From contig UQFO01000006.1 in assembly GCA_900540275.1 (NCBI GenBank), positions 34,835 to 98,834 on the forward strand: DNA of 64,000 nt, given 5' to 3'. Positions 54,380 through 63,922 of the stretch are shown here, one piece after another. This DNA is from an uncultured Oscillospiraceae bacterium (lineage in GTDB: Bacteria; Bacillota; Clostridia; Oscillospirales; Acutalibacteraceae). How positions within the stretch are numbered: the first letter of the stretch is position 1; the number at the start of each line of letters is the position of its first letter. The position numbers and the translations under genes are program-made. The notes under the pieces were generated by a model, which was not told where the DNA came from, did no database searches, and saw nothing but the letters and a program-made list of their open reading frames with translations.

Positions 54380-56503
54380 GTGGAGGATACGAATAAAAAC
54401 GCCGGACGCGCCAGCTTGCTGCGTCTGATTGATATGATTGAAGGGAACGCGGTGTTCTCCTCTGTCAAGCGGGGCATGCTGATGCTGATTCCGGTACTGG
54501 TTATCGGCTCGGTTGCGCTGATGATTCGCAGCTTCCCGCTGCCAGGCTTTCAGGATTTTTTGCTGCAGGGCGGTGTGGGCGGCCTGCTGCTGGAGCTATG
54601 CAACCTTGTGTATGGGGCTACCTTCGGGCTGCTGTCTGTATACCTGGTGGGTGGCGTCAGCTACTACTTTTCCGGTGTGCTGCGCCCGGGAAACACCTCC
54701 TTCCAGCTCCTGTCGGTGCTGTTGGCCCTGAGCTGCTTTGTGGCTTCTTTTGTGGGCTCGGACGGCGCCATCGACATTACATATTTCAGCGCGGTGGGCA
54801 TATTTTCCGCCATCCTGTGTGCGGTGTGCGCTCCGGCGCTGTTCCGGCTGCTGTACCGCGTGCTGCCGCGCCGTTTTCGGTCTTATGCCGCCGGGGCGGA
54901 CTACCGTTTTCGCGCAGCGTTTTCCATGATTGTTCCCTTTTTGCTGACCCTGCTGGTGTTTGTGCTTATCAACATGGGCCTGCGCCACGGACTTCAGGTG
55001 GACAATGTAAACGATTTGGTTTCCGGCGGATTGCTTTCGCTGTTTGAAAGTATCGATAACGAGCTTGTCAGCGGTATCCTATTCACTGTTATTCTTAACC
55101 TGCTGTGGCTGTTCGGTATCCACGGCGGTAATATGATGGAGCAGGTTGCCCTCGCGTTTCTTGTACCTGCCAACGCTGACCCGACGCACATCGTGTGCAA
55201 AAGCTTTTTAGACAACTTCGCGTTGATGGGAGGCTGCGGTGCTACGCTGTGCCTTCTTGGCGCGCTGCTGCTGTTCTCAAGGACAAGGAACAACCGGCAG
55301 CTTGCGCGGTCCGCGGCACCCTTTGCCGTCTTCAACATGAATGAAATCCTGGTGTTTGGGCTGCCTATTATCCTCAATCCTATCATGATTGTCCCGTTCC
55401 TGCTGGTGCCGGTGGTGTCGCTGCTGATTGCTTATGGAGCCACGCTTATCGGTTTCATTCCCGTGGTGACCGAAACGGTGACATGGACCACGCCTGTGCT
55501 GTTCAGCGGTTACGCCGCCACGGGAAGCATCAATGGCGCGGTAGTGCAGCTCGTAATCCTGGTCGCCGGCGTGGCGGTATACGCGCCCTTTATCCGCCTG
55601 CTGGAGCGCACCCAGCGCCAGCGGGAATCCATGCTGACTACCCGTTTGACTGCGGCGTTCCATGAACAGGAAGATACCGGGGTGTTTAGGCCGCTGCTCG
55701 ACCGCAGCGACGATTTGGGCTTTGCTGCGAAGACCTTGAGCGCACAGCTCGAAAGCGACATCCTGCATGATAATCTGCCGGTATACTATCAGCCTCAGGT
55801 GGACGACAAGGGGCGGCTGGTCGGGGCGGAGGCGCTGCTGCGCTGGACCTACTCGGAGCAGCCGGTCTATCCGCCCTTGGCAATCGCGCTCGCAAAGGAG
55901 AGCGGCTTGTTTGACGCGCTTACTTGGCAAGTGCTGAACACCGCCGCGGCGGACATAGCCATACTGTGCGAAACGCTGGACAGGCCGCTGGTGGTGTCTG
56001 TCAACATTGATGCGGCGCAGCTCAATGACCGCGACTTTGTGAAACAGGCGGTTTCCTTTGCGGGAAAGCGCGGCGTGTCGGAAAACATATGTCTTGAGAT
56101 TACGGAAAATACGCCTCTCGAACGGTTTGACAACATTACGGAAAATCTGGCGCTGCTTGCGGAAAATGGCCTGAAGGCGGCTATTGATGATTTCAGTATG
56201 GGGCATACCTCCCTCAAGTACCTGCAGAACGGAGGCTTTCAGTACGTGAAGCTGGATGGCGCGCTGGTCCGGCAGGTTCCGGATAACCCGCGCAGCCGTG
56301 ATATTGTAGCCTCTATCGTAAAGCTGGGGCAAACCATGGGCTTTGAGGTGGTGGCGGAATTTGTGGAGAACGAACAGCTGCGCGCAGAACTTATGAAGCT
56401 GGGCTGCCGCCTCTTCCAGGGGTACCTGTACAGCCCCGCGCTTCCGATGAAGGAGTACCTGAAATATGGTGAGAAGCTTGCCGGTAAAGAGGCCCAAAAA
56501 TAA
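54380..56503 (+). CDS. PTS EIIC-like (lactose/cellobiose type) membrane domain fused to an EAL c-di-GMP phosphodiesterase domain
   Basis: The N-terminal region of about 430 aa is polytopic and has the FGIHGGNMM motif. The C-terminus has GAEALLRW, LEITEN, DDFSMGHTSLKYL, KLDG, EFVE and FQGYLYSP. GTG start 8 nt after AGGGAG. Confidence 0.85.
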   Translation: MEDTNKNAGRASLLRLIDMIEGNAVFSSVKRGMLMLIPVLVIGSVALMIRSFPLPGFQDFLLQGGVGGLLLELCNLVYGATFGLLSVYLVGGVSYYFSGVLRPGNTSFQLLSVLLALSCFVASFVGSDGAIDITYFSAVGIFSAILCAVCAPALFRLLYRVLPRRFRSYAAGADYRFRAAFSMIVPFLLTLLVFVLINMGLRHGLQVDNVNDLVSGGLLSLFESIDNELVSGILFTVILNLLWLFGIHGGNMMEQVALAFLVPANADPTHIVCKSFLDNFALMGGCGATLCLLGALLLFSRTRNNRQLARSAAPFAVFNMNEILVFGLPIILNPIMIVPFLLVPVVSLLIAYGATLIGFIPVVTETVTWTTPVLFSGYAATGSINGAVVQLVILVAGVAVYAPFIRLLERTQRQRESMLTTRLTAAFHEQEDTGVFRPLLDRSDDLGFAAKTLSAQLESDILHDNLPVYYQPQVDDKGRLVGAEALLRWTYSEQPVYPPLAIALAKESGLFDALTWQVLNTAAADIAILCETLDRPLVVSVNIDAAQLNDRDFVKQAVSFAGKRGVSENICLEITENTPLERFDNITENLALLAENGLKAAIDDFSMGHTSLKYLQNGGFQYVKLDGALVRQVPDNPRSRDIVASIVKLGQTMGFEVVAEFVENEQLRAELMKLGCRLFQGYLYSPALPMKEYLKYGEKLAGKEAQK

Positions 56504-56706
56504 AAGGCTGAAATGACTGGTAACGGCAGGCTGCCAATAGCGGCCATAGACTTTCGATACCGTTTGAGAGTCCGGCAATTTGGCTGTCCAAGGGGTGGCA
56601 AATTTGAAGTAAAATACATGTCACCAATTGGAAGCTGCGGCGGTGTTTATAGTAGGAAAGTCACGTAGGTTTTACCAAAGTCATAGAGAATACAGACGAA
56701 AAAGGA

Positions 56707-57345
56707 GTGGTGGAAATAAAAAAAGTAATTTCATTGGCACTTGCTTTCATGCTTGCGGCGGTCGTGCTGGCCGCGCCGGCGGGTGCCTGCGAAACTCCGG
56801 ATGAACAGGCGGACGCGCTTTACCTTAAGTTCTGCGCGCATTACGGCTATACGCCTTATGTGACAGACCCGCAGTATGGGCCAGTCGACCGTTTTAAGGT
56901 TTGCGGATATTCCGGAGACTTTGCCCTGTGCTATGCAAGCCACAATTGGTTTTTGACACAGCCGGCATACTATCACGTCCAAATTGGCGGATACACAGCA
57001 GCGCCGGAGAGCTGGGGGAATCCCGATCCTACCTTTATATCTGCCGTATCTCTCACCGATGATACCGTTTACGGCCTGGAAGAGGCTGCCCTTGCCGGAG
57101 CAATCGACATGGCCGACGTGAAAGAGGCGTTTCCCGACCGGGTTAAAATTACCGGCGATTGGGACAATGACAGTAAGCTTTCCTTAAACGACGTGCTCGC
57201 GCTGCAGAAGTATATAGCAAAAATAATCGAAGCGCCGGGAGAACCCTACACGCTTGTTTATTTCGCGGCTGATTTTAACGACGACGGAAGGCTCGATTTA
57301 AACGACGCGCTTGCAATGCAGAAAACCCTGGCAAAAGCCATGTAA
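56707..57345 (+). CDS. Secreted dockerin-containing protein (cellulosomal component, no recognisable catalytic domain)
   Basis: Signal peptide. C-terminal dockerin duplicated Ca-binding segments (GDWDNDSKLSLNDVLALQKYIA and ADFNDDGRLDLNDALAMQKTLA). Confidence 0.8.
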   Translation: MVEIKKVISLALAFMLAAVVLAAPAGACETPDEQADALYLKFCAHYGYTPYVTDPQYGPVDRFKVCGYSGDFALCYASHNWFLTQPAYYHVQIGGYTAAPESWGNPDPTFISAVSLTDDTVYGLEEAALAGAIDMADVKEAFPDRVKITGDWDNDSKLSLNDVLALQKYIAKIIEAPGEPYTLVYFAADFNDDGRLDLNDALAMQKTLAKAM

Positions 57346-57435
57346 GAAAAATATCCTGTTGCTTCTGAACGGAAAAGCTCCCGCATACAATGGTGTTAAG
57401 GACAAACACAAACCAAGTATGCGGGAGCTGATTTT

Positions 57436-57696
57436 ATGCCTCAATGGCTGATATGGGCAATTCTAGGCGGGACGTTCGTTATTTTTCTTGTAATTCAAAT
57501 TGCAACCGGAACAAAAAAACCAATACGCAAGGCGGTCGGGAATATGGCGCTGGGCGTCGTATCCCTCCTTGCGGTAAATCTAGCGGGCTTTTTTACGGGC
57601 GTTACACTACCAGTCAGTACCTTGAGCCTGTCTGTGGCGGCTGCGGGAGGAATCCCGGGCGTAACGCTTATGCTGCTGCTCAACATGTTTTTCTGA
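57436..57696 (+). CDS. bofA: Pro-sigma-K processing inhibitor BofA family protein
   Basis: 86-aa two-TM protein with the GIPGVTLMLLLN C-terminal motif. Confidence 0.7.
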   Translation: MPQWLIWAILGGTFVIFLVIQIATGTKKPIRKAVGNMALGVVSLLAVNLAGFFTGVTLPVSTLSLSVAAAGGIPGVTLMLLLNMFF

Positions 57697-58302
57697 TTAT
57701 TTTTTCGCGCTTTCAATTTCTTCAAGCGCCGTTTTCGCAAGGTCGCGGTTTCGCGTCAGGGCGGCAATCATCACATTATAGACCTGGTCGGGATTCCTGC
57801 GGAAGTTCCGCTTGACGATTCTGGCCTGCGATTCCTCCGGCACATATAGGCTGCACGAAAAAAGCTCCGTATCGCCGCCGGAAATACTGCAGTTCACACG
57901 ATAGCCGTTTTCAAGCTTTTTGATGTGGACTGCATTTTCTTTTTCCGCGCGCAGCCTGTTTAAAAGCATCAGCGCGGCGCCGACCGCCTTGTCGCGCACT
58001 GCGGGCGGAAGCTCATCCTCAAGCTGGGAGGAAACCAATCGTCCGCTGGAGGTCACGGTATAAAGCGTTTCGTCCTCTTCGGTTGGGGCAATATTGCCGC
58101 TTTTGAGCAAGGCATGGCAGGCGTCGACCGCTTCAAAATAATTTGCCAGTTCCGTTTCCTGCAAAATACCTGTCAGGCTTTCGACGCTCATGGGTTTATC
58201 CACAGTGTGGAGTACATAACATATTAACAGCCGGATGTCGTCCTTGTTTCGTAAACCGCCGGGAGCAATTCCTTCCGATAATGCATCAAAATCCATTTCC
58301 AA
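57697..58302 (-). CDS. DUF4364-like protein (from memory), winged-helix-like
   Basis: N-terminal LRNKDDIRLLICYVLHTV pattern. Size 201 aa. Confidence 0.5.
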   Translation of the reverse strand: MEMDFDALSEGIAPGGLRNKDDIRLLICYVLHTVDKPMSVESLTGILQETELANYFEAVDACHALLKSGNIAPTEEDETLYTVTSSGRLVSSQLEDELPPAVRDKAVGAALMLLNRLRAEKENAVHIKKLENGYRVNCSISGGDTELFSCSLYVPEESQARIVKRNFRRNPDQVYNVMIAALTRNRDLAKTALEEIESAKK

Positions 58303-58520
58303 CCCACCTTTTTTCTTGTTTTATTGATTTTATTATACCATAAATCAAAAATCGTGTATAGGGATTCTTTTGAAACGTCCTGTCGAATTTTGTCTCATAA
58401 CAATCACGCCGCTGGTAAAGAAACCGTTATGTTTTTGTCATGATTTGTAATCTGCAAAAGATTGACATTGATATTTTTGTATGATACTGTTATTTTAACC
58501 AAAGATAAGGGGGAAACACC

Positions 58521-58976
58521 ATGGAGCAGTATATGCCTTTTATATGGCTTGGCATCGCTTTGCTGATGGGAATACTGGAAGCCACGACGGCACAGCTCGT
58601 ATCCATCTGGTTTATGTTCGGTGCCATCGGCGCGGCGGTCACCTGTGTTTTTACCGACAATATTGTAATCCAGCTTGCAGTTTTTGTCGTGATTTCACTC
58701 GCGGCGCTCATAGCCACCAGGCCGCTTGTCAAGCGCTTCAAGCAGCGTAACAAGGCGGAGTACACGAATGTAGACATGAATATCGGCAAGACCGTCCGGG
58801 TCCTGACGGAAATCAACAACGACAAGGGCACGGGCGAAATTAAAATCGGCGACACCATTTGGATGGCGCGGACAATCGACGGCTCTGTTATCCCGTCGGG
58901 CGAGCCAGTCATAATCCAGGCTGTCGAGGGTGTTAAAATGATGGTTGTGCCGCAGAAAACAGCGGCTGCCAAATAA
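58521..58976 (+). CDS. NfeD family membrane protein
   Basis: N-terminal TM helices plus a C-terminal OB-fold (GKTVRVLTEI...GEIKIGDTIWMAR). Precedes an SPFH gene. Confidence 0.8.
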   Translation: MEQYMPFIWLGIALLMGILEATTAQLVSIWFMFGAIGAAVTCVFTDNIVIQLAVFVVISLAALIATRPLVKRFKQRNKAEYTNVDMNIGKTVRVLTEINNDKGTGEIKIGDTIWMARTIDGSVIPSGEPVIIQAVEGVKMMVVPQKTAAAK

Positions 58977-59005
58977 AAGATTTATCAGGAAATGAGGGGT
59001 AAATT

Positions 59006-59920
59006 ATGGATCCAATTTCTCTTGTTGTCATCGCGGCAATTGTGATTCTGGTTATCTGGGTCATCGTTGCGAATATCAAAGTCGTATCCCAGTCGAACGC
59101 GTATGTCATCGAGCGGCTCGGCGGCTACAAGGGCACCTGGGGACAGGGGCTTCACTTGAAAATTCCGTTTATCGACCGGATTGCGAAAAAGGTCACGCTC
59201 AAGGAGCAGGTTGTCGACTTTCCGCCGCAGCCCGTTATTACCAAGGATAATGTTACTATGCAAATCGATACGGTCGTCTATTTCCAGATTACCGACCCGA
59301 AGCTCTATACCTACGGTGTGGAAAAGCCGATTTTCGCAATCGAAAATTTAACGGCGACCACCCTGCGTAATATCATCGGCGATTTGGAGCTCGACCATAC
59401 GCTGACCTCGCGTGACGCAATCAACGAAAAAATCAGGATTATCCTTGACGAAGCGACCGATGCATGGGGCATCAAGGTCAAGCGCGTTGAACTTAAAAAT
59501 ATCCTGCCTCCGCGTGAAATCCAGGAGGCTATGGAGAAGCAGATGAAGGCGGAGCGTGAGCGCCGCGCGAAGATTCTTGAGGCGGAGGGCGAAAAACGCA
59601 GCGAAATCCTCGTGGCGGAAGGCCATAAGGAAGCGGCTATCCTCCAGGCGGACGCTGTCAAGGAATCGAAAATCAGGGAGGCGCTCGGTGAGGCGGAGGC
59701 TATCCTTTCCGTCCAGAAGGCGTTTGCAGATTCCCTGAAAATGCTCAATGAAGCGGCGCCGTCCGATAAGGTCATCGCGCTCAAGAGCTTTGAGGCGTTT
59801 GAAAAGGCTGCCGACGGCAGGGCGACGAAGATTATCATCCCGTCTGAGCTGCAGTCGCTCGCGGGCCTTGCCACAACGCTTAAGGAGCTTGTCGTGGACG
59901 ATAAGCCCGTCAAGCAGTAA
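59006..59920 (+). CDS. SPFH/band-7 (stomatin-like) protein
   Basis: N-terminal TM helix, an SPFH core (VTMQIDTVVYFQITDP, LRNIIGDLELDHTLTSRD) and a coiled-coil AERERRAKILEAEGEK. Confidence 0.9.
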   Translation: MDPISLVVIAAIVILVIWVIVANIKVVSQSNAYVIERLGGYKGTWGQGLHLKIPFIDRIAKKVTLKEQVVDFPPQPVITKDNVTMQIDTVVYFQITDPKLYTYGVEKPIFAIENLTATTLRNIIGDLELDHTLTSRDAINEKIRIILDEATDAWGIKVKRVELKNILPPREIQEAMEKQMKAERERRAKILEAEGEKRSEILVAEGHKEAAILQADAVKESKIREALGEAEAILSVQKAFADSLKMLNEAAPSDKVIALKSFEAFEKAADGRATKIIIPSELQSLAGLATTLKELVVDDKPVKQ

Positions 59921-60003
59921 TGAGCAGAATATACAAAATATGGTGTTAAAATCAGCTTTCCTTCCATATTAATACAAAATAAGCCATCCGCAGCCGCGGG
60001 CTA

Positions 60004-60032
60004 TTGAATTTCATGTAAAAATGAAATAAAAT
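60004..60032 (+). promoter_or_regulatory. Sigma-A-type promoter of the pur operon
   Basis: TTGAAT (60004-60009), 17-nt spacer, TAAAAT (60027-60032). Confidence 0.55.
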
Positions 60033-60038
60033 AAGGGT

Positions 60039-60192
60039 ATCGTTTTGTAGTGGAGGTCTTCTGATATGTCTTTGCTGGATATTGAATGTTCATACGCTGT
60101 AAAATCCGGTACCATGGGACACCTGCGTACAATCGGTATTTTGTAAAATTTACGGGACTGCGGCCCTATGGCCGCGGCCCCGTTATTTTTTG
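60039..60192 (+). promoter_or_regulatory. purE leader with an intrinsic terminator (attenuator or unclassified riboswitch candidate)
   Basis: Terminator stem at 60154-60180 (core GCGGCC-CTAT-GGCCGC) followed by GTTATTTTTT, 45 nt before the purE ATG. About 110 nt of upstream leader. Confidence 0.45.
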
Positions 60193-60236
60193 TGCGGAAC
60201 AAGTCCGCGCATCATTAGAAAGGAAGCGTTCAAAAA

Positions 60237-60743
60237 ATGGCAGAAATCAAAAAGGCAGCGGTTATCATGGGCAGCGACAGCGACTTTCCGGTCGTGTCGG
60301 GTGCAATTAAAACCTTAAAGGAATATGGCGTGCCGGTCGAGGTACACGTAATGTCGGCGCACAGGACACCGGAGCGCGCAGCTGAATTTTCGGCAAACGC
60401 GAGGGAAAACGGCTTTGGCGTGATTATCGCCGCGGCAGGCAAGGCGGCGCATCTCGCGGGTGTGCTCGCGGCGCATACGACGCTTCCGGTGATTGGAATT
60501 CCGGTCAAATCCTCCACGCTTGACGGCCTCGACGCCCTGCTCGCCACCGTCCAGATGCCGCAGGGAATCCCTGTGGCGACGGTCGCCATCGACGGCGCTG
60601 TAAACGCGGCGCTCCTTGCTGTACAGATGCTTGCGGTTTCAAATGGCGAGCTTGCCTCAAGGCTTGCACAGGCAAAAGAGGATATGAAAGCGGGCGTTAT
60701 AAAGAAGGACAAGACTGTCCAGGATAAGGTGAATGAGCTGTGA
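60237..60743 (+). CDS. purE: 5-(carboxyamino)imidazole ribonucleotide mutase
   Basis: IMGSDSDFPV, SAHRTP and AGKAAHLAGV motifs. Confidence 0.95.
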   Translation: MAEIKKAAVIMGSDSDFPVVSGAIKTLKEYGVPVEVHVMSAHRTPERAAEFSANARENGFGVIIAAAGKAAHLAGVLAAHTTLPVIGIPVKSSTLDGLDALLATVQMPQGIPVATVAIDGAVNAALLAVQMLAVSNGELASRLAQAKEDMKAGVIKKDKTVQDKVNEL

Positions 60744-62194
60744 TAAAGGCGGAAAATTTCGATATGCCGTTTAACGAAAGCCCGCAGGAAGAATGCGGCG
60801 TTTTCGGCATCTATAAAAACGACGAGGAGCTCAACGTAACGGAAGAAACCTATAAAGCGCTCTATACATTGCAGCATAGGGGGCAGGAGAGCGCGGGAAT
60901 CGCCGTCAACGACGGCGGTGAGTTTTGCTGCGCCAAGGATTTGGGAATCGTGCCGGAGGCGCTGCCGGAAAAGGCGGTTCGCTCGCTCGGCAATGGTAAA
61001 ATCGCTATTGGGCATGTATGCTACTGCGCAAGCGACGCCATCGTGCGCGCGGCGGCGCAGCCGCTGGTCATGCGCTATATCAAGGGTTCGCTTGCGATTG
61101 CGCACAATGGGGCGATTACAAACCTTTCCGAGCTGCACGAAACGCTTGAGCAGGGCGGCGCGATTTTCCAGTCCAACAGCAACGCGGAGCTGATTGCCTA
61201 CGTGGTCGCAAGCCAGCGCGTCGTGACCGCTTCTATTGAAGACGCGGTACTAAGTGCCGTCAAACAGCTGAAAGGCGCTTTCTCCATGGTGCTCTCGTCG
61301 CCGAGCAAGCTCATCGGCGTGCGTGACCCGAACGGTTTCCGCCCGCTTTGCATTGGGAAAATCGGTGAAAGTTATGTGCTTTCATCAGAATCCTGCGCGT
61401 TCGAAAGCCTGGGCGCCCAGTTTATACGCGATGTGCTCCCCGGCGAGGTTGTGGTTATCGACGAGGACGGCCTGCACAGCTATAAGGAAAATTGCACGGG
61501 CAAGTCGTCTGTCTGTATGTTTGAATACGTCTATATCGCAAGGCCCGACAGCGTCATTGACGGCGTTTCGGTCCATAATGCCAGAAAGCGCGCGGGCGCC
61601 TTTTTAGCGGAGGAGTATCCGGTGGAAGCAGACCTGGTCTGCGGCGTGCCGGACAGCGGCGTCAGTGCGGCGCTCGGCTATGCGGAGCGTTCCGGAATCC
61701 CTTACGGGATGGCGCTTATCAAAAACAAATATATCGGCAGGACGTTTGCCGGCCACAGGAACGCGTTTAAAGAGCAGCTGGTCAAAATCAAAATCAACGT
61801 GCTCAAGGCAGCGGTCGAAGGCAAGCGCATCGTAATCATTGACGATTCCATCGTCAAGGGGACGACCTGCGCGCATATTGTAAGGCTTTTGAGGGAAGCG
61901 GGCGCAAAAGAGGTTCACATGCGCATTTCGTCGCCTCCCTTCTTAAACCAGTGCTACTACGGCACGGATATTAAAAACGAGGACGACTTAATCGGCCGCA
62001 AAATGACGGCGGAGGAAATCCGGGAAAAAATTGGTGCGGATTCTCTTGGGTATTTAAGCCTTACGCACCTTAGGGAGATTGCAAAGGAAGCAAACGTCGG
62101 CTTTTGCGACGCGTGCTTTACCGGGAATTATCCGGCTGAGGTTCCCACAGCCGTTTATGAGGATAAGTTCGCGAGAAAAATTGAAACGGTCTGA
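60740..62194 (+). CDS. purF: Amidophosphoribosyltransferase
   Basis: Propeptide followed by CGVFGI (N-terminal nucleophile Cys), PRTase motif [12 protein letters not shown] and C-terminal Cys ligands. Confidence 0.95.
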   Translation: MIKAENFDMPFNESPQEECGVFGIYKNDEELNVTEETYKALYTLQHRGQESAGIAVNDGGEFCCAKDLGIVPEALPEKAVRSLGNGKIAIGHVCYCASDAIVRAAAQPLVMRYIKGSLAIAHNGAITNLSELHETLEQGGAIFQSNSNAELIAYVVASQRVVTASIEDAVLSAVKQLKGAFSMVLSSPSKLIGVRDPNGFRPLCIGKIGESYVLSSESCAFESLGAQFIRDVLPGEVVVIDEDGLHSYKENCTGKSSVCMFEYVYIARPDSVIDGVSVHNARKRAGAFLAEEYPVEADLVCGVPDSGVSAALGYAERSGIPYGMALIKNKYIGRTFAGHRNAFKEQLVKIKINVLKAAVEGKRIVIIDDSIVKGTTCAHIVRLLREAGAKEVHMRISSPPFLNQCYYGTDIKNEDDLIGRKMTAEEIREKIGADSLGYLSLTHLREIAKEANVGFCDACFTGNYPAEVPTAVYEDKFARKIETV

Positions 62195-62226
62195 TAATTT
62201 GTTTGAAGGAAAGGCGGTACACTGAT

Positions 62227-63261
62227 ATGAAGAGCTTCAGTGAAAGCTATAAAGAGGCGGGCGTAGACGTTACGGCGGGTTATAAATCGGTCGAACTGAT
62301 GAAGAAGCATGTAGCAAGGACGAAAACAGACGGCGTGGTTTCCGGTATCGGAGGTTTCGGAGGGATGTTCGCGCCGGATTTGGCCGGGATGGAGGAGCCC
62401 ATCCTCGTTTCCGGAACGGACGGAGTAGGCACAAAATTAAAGCTTGCATTTTTACTTGGCCGTCACGATACCATCGGCGTCGACTGCGTTGCAATGTGTG
62501 TCAACGATATTATATGCTGCGGCGCAAAACCGCTGTTTTTCCTTGACTATATCGCAACAGGCAGGAATATACCGGAGAAAATCGCGGAAATCGTTTCCGG
62601 CATTGCGGAGGGCTGCGTGCAGTCCGGCTGTGCGCTCGTCGGAGGGGAAACGGCGGAGCACCCCGGTATGATGCCGGAGGACGAATACGACCTTGCGGGC
62701 TTTACGGTCGGGATTGTGGATAAAAATAAGATGGTAGACGGCGGCGCGCTTAAAGCCGGCGACGTATTGATTGGCCTTGCGTCCTCGGGCGTTCATTCCA
62801 ACGGCTTTTCCCTCGTAAGAAAGGTGTTCGGCATTGATGAAAAAACAGTGCTCGATACCTATCCACAGCTTGATAAGCCGCTCGGAGAAACGCTTCTTAC
62901 CCCGACGAGGATTTACGTCAAGCCGATGCTGGAGCTTATCAGGCAGGTGAACGTCAAGGCGGTATCCCATATCACAGGCGGCGGTTTTTACGAAAATATC
63001 CCGCGAATGCTTAAGGAAGGGCTTACAGCCAGGATTGAAAAATCGTCTGTTCCCGTCCTTCCGATTTTCGACGTCATCCAGAAGGTGGGCAACATTCCGC
63101 AGCGTGATATGTTCAATACCTTCAATATGGGAGTCGGGATGATTGCGGCAGTCGCAAAGGAAGACGCAGGCAAGGCAATCGAAATCCTCAGCCAGGCGGG
63201 GGAAAAGGCCTGCGTAATCGGAGAGGTTGTAAATGGCGGCGAAGGCGTAATCATTGCGTAA
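62227..63261 (+). CDS. purM: Phosphoribosylformylglycinamidine cyclo-ligase (AIR synthetase)
   Basis: [27 protein letters not shown] and GGETAEHPG motifs. Confidence 0.95.
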   Translation: MKSFSESYKEAGVDVTAGYKSVELMKKHVARTKTDGVVSGIGGFGGMFAPDLAGMEEPILVSGTDGVGTKLKLAFLLGRHDTIGVDCVAMCVNDIICCGAKPLFFLDYIATGRNIPEKIAEIVSGIAEGCVQSGCALVGGETAEHPGMMPEDEYDLAGFTVGIVDKNKMVDGGALKAGDVLIGLASSGVHSNGFSLVRKVFGIDEKTVLDTYPQLDKPLGETLLTPTRIYVKPMLELIRQVNVKAVSHITGGGFYENIPRMLKEGLTARIEKSSVPVLPIFDVIQKVGNIPQRDMFNTFNMGVGMIAAVAKEDAGKAIEILSQAGEKACVIGEVVNGGEGVIIA

Positions 63262-63276
63262 GGGGAGGCGCGTATT

Positions 63277-63903
63277 GTGAAAAACATCGCCGTACTTGTT
63301 TCCGGTGGCGGGACAAACCTGCAGGCGCTAATCGATGCGCAGAAGAACGGAACGATTAAAAACGGCCGGATTTCCTGCGTGGTCTCAAGCAGGCCGGACG
63401 CTTATGCGCTTACGCGCGCGCAGCAAAATGGAATCGATACGCGCGTCATCCGAAAAAAGGATTACAAAGTATTTGAAGAATATGACAGGGCTTTGACAGA
63501 AATGCTCCGTGAGGTAAAGGCGGACGTCGTAGTGCTTGCGGGTTTCCTGACGATTTTAGGCCCGCAGGTAATCAAAGCCTTTGAAAACAGGATTATCAAT
63601 ATCCACCCATCCCTGATTCCCGCGTTCTGCGGAGAGGGCTTTTATGGCCTGCATGTGCATGAGCAGGCGCTTTTGCGCGGGGTTAAGCTTACGGGCGCAA
63701 CGGCACATTTTGTAAACGGCATTTGCGACGGCGGGCCGATTATCCTGCAAAAGGCGGTTGCGGTAAAAGACGGCGACACGCCGGAGCTTTTACAGAAGCG
63801 CGTCATGACAGAGGCCGAGTGGGAAATCCTCCCGGAAGCCGTATCTCTTTTCTGTGAAGATAAAATTCAAGTCGTTGGCGGAAAAACCGTTATTTCGCAA
63901 TAA
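63277..63903 (+). CDS. purN: Phosphoribosylglycinamide formyltransferase
   Basis: IAVLVSGGGTNLQALID, INIHPSLIP and GATAHFV motifs. GTG start after AGGGGAGG. Confidence 0.93.
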   Translation: MKNIAVLVSGGGTNLQALIDAQKNGTIKNGRISCVVSSRPDAYALTRAQQNGIDTRVIRKKDYKVFEEYDRALTEMLREVKADVVVLAGFLTILGPQVIKAFENRIINIHPSLIPAFCGEGFYGLHVHEQALLRGVKLTGATAHFVNGICDGGPIILQKAVAVKDGDTPELLQKRVMTEAEWEILPEAVSLFCEDKIQVVGGKTVISQ

Positions 63904-63922
63904 AATCATAGGGGGCTTTTTA

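Noticed and set aside
55277-56578. Long antisense shadow ORFs inside GC-rich genes (for example 55277-56578, 60230-61138, 20969-21694, 6494-7348, 43358-44086)
   Set aside because: Each lies opposite a gene with unambiguous conserved motifs. The composition is Arg/Ala/Pro-rich, as is typical of antisense frames in GC-rich coding DNA.
60039-60153. Guanine/adenine riboswitch or ZTP riboswitch in the purE leader
   Set aside because: The conserved cores (the purine-riboswitch junction and loop sequences, and the pfl CCGCCUGGGC 3' element) are not present.
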